From an uncultured bacterium (lineage in GTDB: Bacteria; Eisenbacteria; RBG-16-71-46; CAIMUX01; WJJG01), in the NCBI GenBank assembly GCA_964506245.1, contig CAZDKK010000018.1, forward strand, positions 973 to 64,972: a stretch of DNA of 64,000 nucleotides. The letters are read 5' to 3'. The position numbers and the translations under genes are program-made. Below are positions 55,966 to 64,000 of the stretch, piece by piece (position 1 is the stretch's first letter; each line of letters begins with the position of its first letter). The notes below the pieces were generated by a model. That model was not told the origin of the DNA. It made no database searches and was given only the letters and a program-made list of their open reading frames with translations.

Positions 55966-58803
55966 ATGACCGGAGGGCCGATCCGACACGCCGTCCACAC
56001 CGCAACCGCCGGGGCGCTGCGCGCGCTGGCGGCGGGGGCGATCGCCACTCTCCTGCTCTGGTCGGGCGCGCAGGCCGCGACCGGCAACCTGCGTATCGTC
56101 GCGCCGTCCGACGGCAGCCTCACCCTCACCCACTCCGGCGGCTGGTCGCGCACGCTGGCCTTCGCCTCGGGCGAGAACACACTGTGGGACCTGCCGGCCG
56201 GTACCTACACGGTGACCGCCGGCGGCTCGGCGGCGGCCTCTACCGCGGTCACTATCTGGGATGGCCTCACGACGCGGATCGACATCGACCCGACGTCCAA
56301 GGGCGCAACCGTGCAAGCGAGCCCGGACGACGCCGTGGGCGCCGTTCTGCTCCTCGCCCCCGCCATCACGCGAGCCTTGCCAGGCGATCTCGAGACCCTG
56401 CTCGCCGGGCTCGATACGCACGTGCGCTGGCGCCCCGGCGCCGAGCTGGGAGACCTGTCGCTCGACATCCCGACCGAACGGCGGGAGATCCTGGCCGGCC
56501 AGCGCGAGGTGGCCGGGCCGATCGCGATCAGCTCCTCGTCCCTCGGGCCTCAGGCCGGCGCGGGGCTGTGGCAGATCACGCCCGCGAGCCCTCTCTCGGC
56601 GACGGGCCACAGCTCCCTCCTCGCCGCCACGGTGACGGGGGTGACGACCGAGGGGGTCGAGGTGAGCGCGCACGGCGCGCTGCCGGAGACACGGCCGCTG
56701 GGGGTCGTCACGCGCGGGTGGATATCGGGCCGCTTCTCGCACCTCGGCGATGCCAGCCCCCGCTCCGCCAGCGATGGGGTGCTCCCCCACAACGAGGCGG
56801 ACATCCTCGACCTCGTCGCGCGCGCGGAGCTGGGCGACGCGACGACCAGGCTCCTGCGCGCCGGGTCGGGGCAGGCCAGCACGGAGGGGAACCGGTGGGG
56901 ACTGGCCTGTGACCTGGCCGCCCGCGGCTGGCAGCGCGATCACTTCCTCCAGGAGTATCTCGAGAACAAAGACCACGCGCCCTTCGAGGAAACAGCGCTC
57001 TTCAAGGGCCGCGCGGGGCTGACGCGCCGCTTCGGGTCAGACACCTCGGTCGAGCTGTCGCTCGGCTACGGGCGCTATCTCACCTGGATCGGCGACGGGC
57101 TGTACAAGAAGAACCTCCCCGACTACGGACGCCCCCCGGTGGGTGGCGAGGCCGACACGTTGATCTACTGGCCGGACGGCTCGGACCCGCTCCAGCCGGC
57201 GCACATCTTCGAGTACTTCGGCCGCAAGTACACGAAGACCTGGACGGCGGGCCTCGACGCGCGCCGCGCGGTGAGCGACCGCACGCTGCTCGGACTGCGC
57301 GGGGAGAACAGCTTTCACACCTACCGCCGTTACGAGCACTTCTATCCGCTCGATACCTGGATTGCCGACCCTCAGGTGGCTTACGGCAAGACGCTGGCCA
57401 TCGGCTACGACCGCATGGGGGAAGAGGCCGGGGACGGCGACTACGATCCCGGTCGGGCCCGGTCGGGGCGCGCGGGCGTGTGGCTCAGGCACGCGCTGAG
57501 CGATCGGCTGCGCGTCGACCTGGAACTGGGCGCGCACTGGCTCGCCTGCGACGACTCCGCGCTGGTCTCGACCGCGGAGCCGCTGCTGGCGGGCAGCAGC
57601 ACCGAGGCGCTCGACGCCGAAGACCTGCGGCCGGCCGATGCGGTCATCGACCCCGAAGCGCGCCTGGCCGCCCGCTGGGGCGGCACGGGGGGCGGCCGCC
57701 TGTGGGTCGTGGGCTCCCGCCGGATGATCGATCCGCCGCTCGAGGCGCTCTTCTCGCCGCGCGCGTTCCTGACCGACGCGGCCAACAAGGAGGGCGTGCT
57801 GGGCAACCCCGCGCTCGAGCCCGAGAAGGAGCTGGGGGTCGAGGTGGGCGGCGCGAGACCCTTCACGCTGGCGGGACGGACATGGACCGGGCAGGCGGCG
57901 GCCTACGCGGGTTGGCTCAGCGACGCGATCTCGATGACCGGCGCCGACCTGGGTCCGCTCCCGGGCACGACGAGCGGGCAGCGGCTGGTCGTCCCGACCT
58001 ACGTCAACGGCGGGGCACTGCGCCGCTACGGACTGCACCTGGACGCGACCACCGGGGACGTGAGCGGCCGCTGGTGGCTGCGGCTGGCCTACGACCTCGG
58101 CCGCATCGAGAGCGACAGCTACGAACCTCCGCTGCTCGACAGCCGCTGGCTCGATCCAGACCACCCGCAGGGCGAGTACGAATCGGAGGGCCTGGCCAGC
58201 TCGCGGGGCGGGATCTACGACGGATTGAACGACGACAACGGGCTGGATGAGGGCACCTACCGCGCCTCCAACTACGATCGCCCGCACCAGCTCAGTCTGG
58301 CGCTCATTCTCCCCCAGCAGGAGAAGCCCCGCTACACGGACTGGTTCACCGCGGTCACGAGCGGCTGGACCAAGTCGGTGGTGCTGCGCTTCGAGTCCGG
58401 CCAGCCCTTCACCCAGACCGGCATCTACGATGCCGGCGTGTTGGCCGAGCGCGTCGATGGGGTGCTGGTGTTGCGCGACATTCCGCTGGCGGATGCGGAG
58501 CGGAACGGCGAGCGGATGCCGGCGCGCATGACGATCGACGTCGGACTGACGCGCACGCTGATGATCCGATCGCGGGCCGTGCTCTTCCGGATCGAGGCGC
58601 TCAATCTCCTGGGCTCCAAGAACGCCGAGGCGGTCTACCGCGCCACGGGCGAGCCCGACGAAGACGGCTACATTGACTACTACGGTCTGGCCGGGCTGCC
58701 GGCCGGATTGACCGAGGAGCAGTACAGCGCGCGGATCACCGACCCCAACCACTACAGCCGACCCTTCCAGCTCCGGGCCGGGGTGAGCCTGCAGCTCTAT
58801 TAG
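55966..58803 (+). CDS. TonB-dependent-receptor-like outer membrane beta-barrel with N-terminal PEGA/carboxypeptidase-regulatory-like domain
   Basis: SD AAAGGAG; signal peptide; DLPAGTYTVT; GNPALEPEK..GVEVG; NYDRPHQLSL; FRIEALNLL; C-terminal PFQLRAGVSLQLY. Confidence 0.8.
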   Translation: MTGGPIRHAVHTATAGALRALAAGAIATLLLWSGAQAATGNLRIVAPSDGSLTLTHSGGWSRTLAFASGENTLWDLPAGTYTVTAGGSAAASTAVTIWDGLTTRIDIDPTSKGATVQASPDDAVGAVLLLAPAITRALPGDLETLLAGLDTHVRWRPGAELGDLSLDIPTERREILAGQREVAGPIAISSSSLGPQAGAGLWQITPASPLSATGHSSLLAATVTGVTTEGVEVSAHGALPETRPLGVVTRGWISGRFSHLGDASPRSASDGVLPHNEADILDLVARAELGDATTRLLRAGSGQASTEGNRWGLACDLAARGWQRDHFLQEYLENKDHAPFEETALFKGRAGLTRRFGSDTSVELSLGYGRYLTWIGDGLYKKNLPDYGRPPVGGEADTLIYWPDGSDPLQPAHIFEYFGRKYTKTWTAGLDARRAVSDRTLLGLRGENSFHTYRRYEHFYPLDTWIADPQVAYGKTLAIGYDRMGEEAGDGDYDPGRARSGRAGVWLRHALSDRLRVDLELGAHWLACDDSALVSTAEPLLAGSSTEALDAEDLRPADAVIDPEARLAARWGGTGGGRLWVVGSRRMIDPPLEALFSPRAFLTDAANKEGVLGNPALEPEKELGVEVGGARPFTLAGRTWTGQAAAYAGWLSDAISMTGADLGPLPGTTSGQRLVVPTYVNGGALRRYGLHLDATTGDVSGRWWLRLAYDLGRIESDSYEPPLLDSRWLDPDHPQGEYESEGLASSRGGIYDGLNDDNGLDEGTYRASNYDRPHQLSLALILPQQEKPRYTDWFTAVTSGWTKSVVLRFESGQPFTQTGIYDAGVLAERVDGVLVLRDIPLADAERNGERMPARMTIDVGLTRTLMIRSRAVLFRIEALNLLGSKNAEAVYRATGEPDEDGYIDYYGLAGLPAGLTEEQYSARITDPNHYSRPFQLRAGVSLQLY

Positions 58804-59486
58804 CGCCGGCGGATCGAGCCGATCCCCGAGACGTTCTCCCGGGTCTGCGCGGGGTCGCCGGTGTATGTGATCGAACCGCAGCCCGAGACGCGCCCGTCGA
58901 AGCGCTCGGTCGCGTGCACACGCACGCTTCCGGTCCCGGAGAGCTGGACGTCGGCTTCTTGCGCGATGAGATCGCGGGCGTCGATGTCGCCCGCACCCAT
59001 CAGATGGATGTCGAGCCTCTCCACCGTACCCTGCAGCTCGAGGCTGGCCGCGCCGCGCAGCTCGTACTCGAAGGCGCCTCCCGCCAGGCCGCGCACGTCG
59101 ATGTCCGCGGCGCCGTTGACGGTGATCCCGGTGAGCGCCGGCATCGCGATGCGCACGCGGCACGATTCGTCGGCGTCGAGGTCCTCTTCGCAATCGAGGA
59201 CGAGCGTTCCGCCGCGCACGTCGGTCCGGATGAGGTCGATGAGGTTGTCATCGTAGGTCAGCTCGACCGCGAGGGCGGGGCCGACGGTGATCTCGAGGTC
59301 GAAGGCGCATTCCACCCGGATCTCGTCGAAGCCCGCCACGTCGCGCACCTGGCTGATGCGATCGCCCGAGCCCTCGATCCGGTCGCGGTCGTCGCCGCGA
59401 TCGTGCTGGTGGCGATGGGCCCCGGCGGTGCCACACAGCCCGAGGCACACCAGGCCCATGCAGAGGATCTGACTGAGAGCGCTCAT
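58800..59486 (-). CDS. Head GIN domain (DUF2807) protein
   Basis: SD GGGAGG; signal peptide; IEGSGD..SQVRDVAGFDEI, YDDNLIDLI.T.V.GGTL, LMGAGDIDA.DL, SGCGSITYTGDP. Confidence 0.9.
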   Translation of the reverse strand: MSALSQILCMGLVCLGLCGTAGAHRHQHDRGDDRDRIEGSGDRISQVRDVAGFDEIRVECAFDLEITVGPALAVELTYDDNLIDLIRTDVRGGTLVLDCEEDLDADESCRVRIAMPALTGITVNGAADIDVRGLAGGAFEYELRGAASLELQGTVERLDIHLMGAGDIDARDLIAQEADVQLSGTGSVRVHATERFDGRVSGCGSITYTGDPAQTRENVSGIGSIRRR

Positions 59487-59532
59487 TCCCACCTCCCATG
59501 AACGGCTGACGATCGAGGGACGGCTCAGCCTC

Positions 59533-59594
59533 GGCCCAGTCGTGCGAGCGGGTCTGGCCGTGCGCGTGGGGCCGGTCGTGCGAGCGGGTCCGGC
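59533..59594. repeat. Two hairpin units with an identical 14-nt loop, 36-bp period
   Basis: GTCGTGCGAGCGGGTC at 59539-59554 and 59575-59590, each flanked by its own complementary stem. Confidence 0.75.
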
Positions 59595-59782
59595 TCCCCC
59601 AGAGATCGACGCCCGTCCCGCCCAGAGTGTTTGAACCGACCTTGCCCGCCGAGGTGCGGAATGGGCTTGCCGCGACCGGATCCAGCGGGGTAGTCCTTGG
59701 CCGGTCGCAGGCCCGGGAACCCTGGCCGGCCCGCGGAGGGGTCAGGTGCATTCCGGAAGGCCCGGGGGAGCAAGGGAAGCAA

Positions 59783-62446
59783 GTGCAGCCGCTGGAACAA
59801 GATTCGCTGTCCGCGGGGATCGAGGCGCTCCTACCGCTCGTGACCCAGCCCGGACGTTACCTGGGCACCGAGATCGGCATCCTGCGCCGGCCGTGGTCTG
59901 CCGATCGGGTGCGCTGGCTCCTCATCCTGCCCGACGTCTACGAGATCGGCATGAGTCACCAGGGCCTGCGCATCCTCTACGACATCCTGAACCGCCGCGA
60001 CGATGCCCTGGCCGAGCGCGCCTTCGCCCCCTGGATCGACATGGAGGCGCGGATGCGCGAGCGCGGGCTGCCGCTCTTCTCGCTCGAGAGCCGCCATCCC
60101 GCGCGCGAGTTCGACGTCATCGGCTTCTCGCTCCAGTACGAGCTCCTGGCGACCAACATCCTCAACCTGCTCGACCTCTCCGGGATCCCCTTGCACAGCT
60201 CGGAGCGCGGCGAGGGCGACCCGCTCATCGCGGCCGGCGGACCCGGCACGGGGAACCCCGAGCCGCTGGCCGACTTCATCGACTTCTTCCTGGTGGGCGA
60301 TGGCGAGGACATGGTGGGCACCCTCACCGCCACGCTGCAGGCGACGCGCGGCCGGTCGCGCAGAGACCGCCTCCTTGCGCTCGCCCGCCTCCCCGGCGTC
60401 TACGTGCCGCGCTTCTACGAGCCCATCCTGGAGGGCGGCCGGCAGGCCGGCGTGCGCGCGCGCGAGGATGTGCCTCTGCCGGTGCGCCGCACCTACGTGC
60501 GCGATCTCGAGGCGGCGCCCTATCCGCTGCGACCGATCGTGCCGCTCATCGAGGCCGTACAAGATCGCCTCACCCTCGAGATCCAGCGCGGCTGCACGCA
60601 GGGCTGCCGCTTCTGCCAGGCCGGCAGCTTCTACCGCCCGGTGCGCGAGCGCTCCCCCGCGCGGCTGGCCGATCTGATCGCGGCCGGACTGCCGGCGACC
60701 GGCTGGAGCGAGGTGAGCCTCTCGTCGCTCTCGAGCGCCGACTACTCGCAGATTGCGCCGCTGGCGCGGGCGCTCACCGACGTCCTCGCCCACCGGCGGG
60801 TGGGCTTGAGCTTCTCGTCGCTGCGCGTCGACACCTTCAGCGTGGAGCTGGCCGAGCTGGTCGCGCGCGTGCGCAAGACCGGCTTCACCTTCGCCCCCGA
60901 GGCGGGCACGCAGCGATTGCGCGACGTGATCAACAAGCGCGTGAGCGATGCGGACCTGCTCGCCTCGGTCGAGGCCGCCTACGCGCGGAGCTGGCGGAAT
61001 GTGAAGCTCTACTTCATGGTCGGCCTGCCCACCGAAACCGACGAGGACCTGGACGGCATCGCCGCGCTGGCCGAGCGGATCCGCGAGATCGGCCGCCGGC
61101 ACGGTGCGGGCAGCCGGGTCACGGTGAGCGTGGGCGGCTTCGTGCCCAAGGCGCACACGCCCTTCCAGTGGGAGGCCTTCGCCGGGCGGGAGGCGCTGCA
61201 CGAGAAGATCGCCCGGCTGCGCGCGAGCGTGCACACGCGCTTCTCACCGCTCAAGTGGCACGACCCGGATGTCTCGACCATCGAGGCGGTGCTCTCGCGC
61301 GGGGACCGGCGGACGGGGGCGGCGATCGAGGCCGCCTGGCGGTCGGGCGGGCGTTTCGATGGCTGGGGCGATCACTTCGACCTCGCCCGCTGGGAGGAGG
61401 CCCTGCGAGCGACGGGGATCGACCCGACGCTCGCGACCGGCGCGCTCGATCCGGATCAGGGGCTGCCCTGGGATCACATCGACCTGGGTGTCGAGCCGGG
61501 CTTCCCGCGGGCGGAGCGCGACCGGGCGCTGCGGGGGGCAACGACCGCGGACTGTCGCGACGGGCGCTGCCACGGGTGCGGCCTGCCGTGCGGCAGCGCG
61601 CGCGCCTTGGCGCCCGAGCTGGACGCGGCTGCCTGGGACCGGCTGCGCGCCGAACTCGCCGCGGCGCTGGGCGACACGGTGCGCGGCCCGGGAAACGCGC
61701 CACGCGGGAAGGGCGGCGCGACACCCGTGCCGACGGGGCCGCCGCGCGGCGAGGATCTGGTGATCCGCCGCCGGATCCTCTTTGCCAAGACCGGCCGATT
61801 GCGCTTCATCTCCCATCTCGAGATCGGGCGGCTCCTGACGCGGATCCTGCGCATGGCGGGCTGGCCTCTCGCCTTCAGCGCCGGTCACAATCCCCTCCCG
61901 CGGATCGCCTACGGCCCGCCGCTCCCGCTCGGCGTCGAAGGTGAGCGCGAGCTCTTCGACATCCGGCTGACCGAGCCCTGGAACGATGACCTGCTCGGCG
62001 CGGCGAATCGCTGCGCGCCCGAGGGGCTCGCCTTTCTGGCCAGCGCGGAGATCCCGGCCGGCTCGCCGAGCCTGGCCGCGGCGGCGGTCACGGCGGAGCA
62101 CCGGGTCACGGTGCCGGCGGATCTGGCGGCGCGCGCGCACCGCGAGGGGCGGATCGATGCCTTTGCGGCGGCCGCTCACGTGCCCCTGCTCAAGGCGGGC
62201 AAGGGCCGCCAGCGCACGATCGACCTGAAACGGTGCGTCACCCGCCTCGCGTGGGGCCCGCCGGAAGCCGCCGCGTCCGACCTGCTGCGGCTGGCACTTC
62301 TGCTCCAGGAGCCCGCCGGGCACGTCGCGGGGCCCTTCCCGGTGCTGCGCGAGGTGTTCAAGTGGAGCGAGGAGGAGCTGGCCCGCTGTCGCACGGTGCG
62401 AGAGCGTCTGCTGGATTCGGACGGCCGACCCCTCGACGGGCAGTGA
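59783..62446 (+). CDS. TIGR03960-family B12-binding radical SAM protein fused to a TIGR03936/DUF2344-like domain
   Basis: PGRYLGTE, PDVYEIGMSHQGL, IGFSLQYEL, EIQRGCTQGCRFCQAG, TFAPEAGTQRLR, FVPKAHTPFQW; C-terminal FAKTGRLRFISHLE, HNPLPRIAYGPPLPLG. Confidence 0.93.
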   Translation: MQPLEQDSLSAGIEALLPLVTQPGRYLGTEIGILRRPWSADRVRWLLILPDVYEIGMSHQGLRILYDILNRRDDALAERAFAPWIDMEARMRERGLPLFSLESRHPAREFDVIGFSLQYELLATNILNLLDLSGIPLHSSERGEGDPLIAAGGPGTGNPEPLADFIDFFLVGDGEDMVGTLTATLQATRGRSRRDRLLALARLPGVYVPRFYEPILEGGRQAGVRAREDVPLPVRRTYVRDLEAAPYPLRPIVPLIEAVQDRLTLEIQRGCTQGCRFCQAGSFYRPVRERSPARLADLIAAGLPATGWSEVSLSSLSSADYSQIAPLARALTDVLAHRRVGLSFSSLRVDTFSVELAELVARVRKTGFTFAPEAGTQRLRDVINKRVSDADLLASVEAAYARSWRNVKLYFMVGLPTETDEDLDGIAALAERIREIGRRHGAGSRVTVSVGGFVPKAHTPFQWEAFAGREALHEKIARLRASVHTRFSPLKWHDPDVSTIEAVLSRGDRRTGAAIEAAWRSGGRFDGWGDHFDLARWEEALRATGIDPTLATGALDPDQGLPWDHIDLGVEPGFPRAERDRALRGATTADCRDGRCHGCGLPCGSARALAPELDAAAWDRLRAELAAALGDTVRGPGNAPRGKGGATPVPTGPPRGEDLVIRRRILFAKTGRLRFISHLEIGRLLTRILRMAGWPLAFSAGHNPLPRIAYGPPLPLGVEGERELFDIRLTEPWNDDLLGAANRCAPEGLAFLASAEIPAGSPSLAAAAVTAEHRVTVPADLAARAHREGRIDAFAAAAHVPLLKAGKGRQRTIDLKRCVTRLAWGPPEAAASDLLRLALLLQEPAGHVAGPFPVLREVFKWSEEELARCRTVRERLLDSDGRPLDGQ

Positions 62447-63386
62447 GCACGAGCGCGCCCAAGCCGAAGGCGACCGTGGTGAGCAGGCTGGCTTCGATCC
62501 CGAACTCCCCGCCGGTCCACGCTCGCGGTCCCCTGACCTGCACCGAGGCGAGCCCCTCGAACACCATGCCGCTGCAGGGCAGGGAGAGCAGCACGAGCGC
62601 GCCGTTCCAGACGCCGTGGAGTCCGGCGGCTGCCCAGACCGATGAGCGGGCGCGCAGGAGGGCAAGAAACACCCCGATCACCGTGATGCCAAGAAACGCG
62701 AGCGGCCCGGCGCCCGGGTTCAGGCCGTGCACGAGGCCGAAGAGCAGCCCGCTGCCCGCGGCCGCCGCGGCGAGCCCGCGCCACTGCGCCAGGTTGCGCA
62801 GCACGTAGCCGCGGAAGATCACCTCCTCGCCGCCGCCCTGGAGGAACGCGGCAGCGAGCGCGATCGCCGTCGCTTGTACAGCCGGCGCCCAACCCCCGGC
62901 GGCGGCCGGCCCCCATCCCGTCCAGCGCACCCAGCCTGCAACGGTCCCCGCCACCAGCAGCAAACCCCGGAAGCCCGCCCCCAGCGCGCAGCCCAGCGCG
63001 AACTGCGCCAGGCTCGACCCGCGGCGGCCGCGCCCCGCCGGGCCCCCCGCGGGCTGTGCATCCATGCCGCTTTCCGCCCGGACGGCGTCGGGCCGCGGGG
63101 CACGGGGCGGCAGCGGGCCCGACAGGAGCTCGCGCCAGCCGCAATGATCCCAGCGCCGCAGAAAGAGGTGCGTGACCGCGAGCTCGACGGGAACGATCAG
63201 CAGACCTGCAAACAGCAGATCCATCAGCGTGGACGTTCCGCCCCCCGGGGCCTCGAGGCCGAGCCCCTCGCCCCACAGGACCCCGAGCAAGAGGGAGACG
63301 AGGAGGACGATCACGAGATACGCCAGCGCGCGTGCCAGGGGGCGGCCGGGGCTCGGTGCAGCGCTGACTTCCACACCCGCCTCCAT
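62358..63386 (-). CDS. CPBP-family intramembrane glutamic endopeptidase (CAAX protease/Abi)
   Basis: GGGEEVIFRGY, FGLVHG, HGVWN, TGGEFGIEAS; multiple TM helices; start uncertain. Confidence 0.85.
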   Translation of the reverse strand: MEAGVEVSAAPSPGRPLARALAYLVIVLLVSLLLGVLWGEGLGLEAPGGGTSTLMDLLFAGLLIVPVELAVTHLFLRRWDHCGWRELLSGPLPPRAPRPDAVRAESGMDAQPAGGPAGRGRRGSSLAQFALGCALGAGFRGLLLVAGTVAGWVRWTGWGPAAAGGWAPAVQATAIALAAAFLQGGGEEVIFRGYVLRNLAQWRGLAAAAAGSGLLFGLVHGLNPGAGPLAFLGITVIGVFLALLRARSSVWAAAGLHGVWNGALVLLSLPCSGMVFEGLASVQVRGPRAWTGGEFGIEASLLTTVAFGLGALVLTARRGVGRPNPADALAPCDSGPAPPRST

Positions 63387-63432
63387 GCGTCCCGGGGGCC
63401 GTTCGCGGTTCCGCCGGTCCACCTGGCGCCGC

Positions 63433-64000
63433 TCAGGGCAGGAACTGCTTCGGATTGGCGAGCTTGGCCGGCAGATACTCCTCGATCACGTAGTTCAACC
63501 CCCACTTGGCGAGGGCCTGCTGCTCGGCGCGCACCCCCATCTTGATCAGCATCTCCAGCGCCTTGGCCCACGGCTTGTGCTCGCGGAAGAAGGGATCGTT
63601 CTTCAGGGCGTCGCGCGCGCGCTTGACGTCGACCTCCTTCAGCGGGTGCGTGGGCAGCTTGTAGTCCTTGATATCCTGCGGCGTCACGCCCAGGAAGCGG
63701 GCCGCGGGCGCGCAGAAGAACTGGTTGATGTGGGCCGCGTTGCCCGAGCCGACCTTCAGCGTTCGGTAGATGTTGGAGATGCCGTAGGGATCGCAATCGA
63801 CGAAGGCGTAGATCGGGATCCGGGCCTGCTCCGAGAGCCGCCGGACGAAGCGCCGCGTCGAGCGCGTCGGCACGCCGCTCATGCTGACCAGGATGCAGCC
63901 GGCCTTCTTCCAGAACTTGTGGCTCTGCAGCCGCTGGAACATACCGCCCGTCTCGATCGCCAGGATGAACTTGGCCTTGGTCTCGAAGGATAGGTGCTCC
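63433..64000 (-). CDS. top6A: DNA topoisomerase VI subunit A (Spo11-like), 5'-truncated by window edge
   Basis: TOPRIM: ILAIETGGMFQRL, GVPTRSTRRF, FVDCDPYG..IY..LKVGS; C-terminal RAEQQAL...G..Y...YLP. Confidence 0.93.
   Translation of the reverse strand, partial: EHLSFETKAKFILAIETGGMFQRLQSHKFWKKAGCILVSMSGVPTRSTRRFVRRLSEQARIPIYAFVDCDPYGISNIYRTLKVGSGNAAHINQFFCAPAARFLGVTPQDIKDYKLPTHPLKEVDVKRARDALKNDPFFREHKPWAKALEMLIKMGVRAEQQALAKWGLNYVIEEYLPAKLANPKQFLP

Noticed and set aside
59533-59594. Mini CRISPR array
   Set aside because: Only two 16-nt copies with a 20-nt gap, and no cas genes or leader.

Overview
GC-rich bacterial window with about 45 credible CDSs. I found no rRNA, tRNA, CRISPR array or recognisable transposase/integrase. 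Several secreted proteins end in FlgD-Ig/T9SS-type-A-like C-terminal domains, there is a TonB-dependent-receptor-like barrel, and the window ends in a bacterial topoisomerase VI subunit A. This points (by inference) to a diderm FCB-related candidate lineage such as Eisenbacteria, Krumholzibacteriota or Latescibacterota. Main content, left to right: two arylsulfatases; a divergent pentameric ligand-gated channel homologue; an FG-GAP protein; a cyclophilin; a sigma54-controlled MacAB-TolC-like exporter with its own histidine kinase and NtrC-type regulator; a 1242-aa repeat surface protein; a four-gene lipoprotein operon; two Cys-rich secreted paralogues with a C-terminal WGxIK motif; a 4Fe-4S membrane protein; a PLP decarboxylase; repeat-rich surface proteins; a putative surface-glycan modification cluster; a CoA-transferase; radical SAM enzymes; a CAAX protease; and top6A. 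Top finding: two tandem UshA/5'-nucleotidase-fold lipoprotein genes (24406..25464 and 23171..24406, minus strand) are each split by an in-frame TGA at the same C-G-U position. In both, the TGA begins an identical 51-nt tract that folds like a bacterial SECIS. They are most likely selenoproteins missed by the ORF track, and they sit in an operon with a parvulin foldase and a Thr-type sulfatase-TPR lipoprotein. Second finding: three sigma54 promoters share an identical upstream-site geometry, and one of them points into a region with no ORF.
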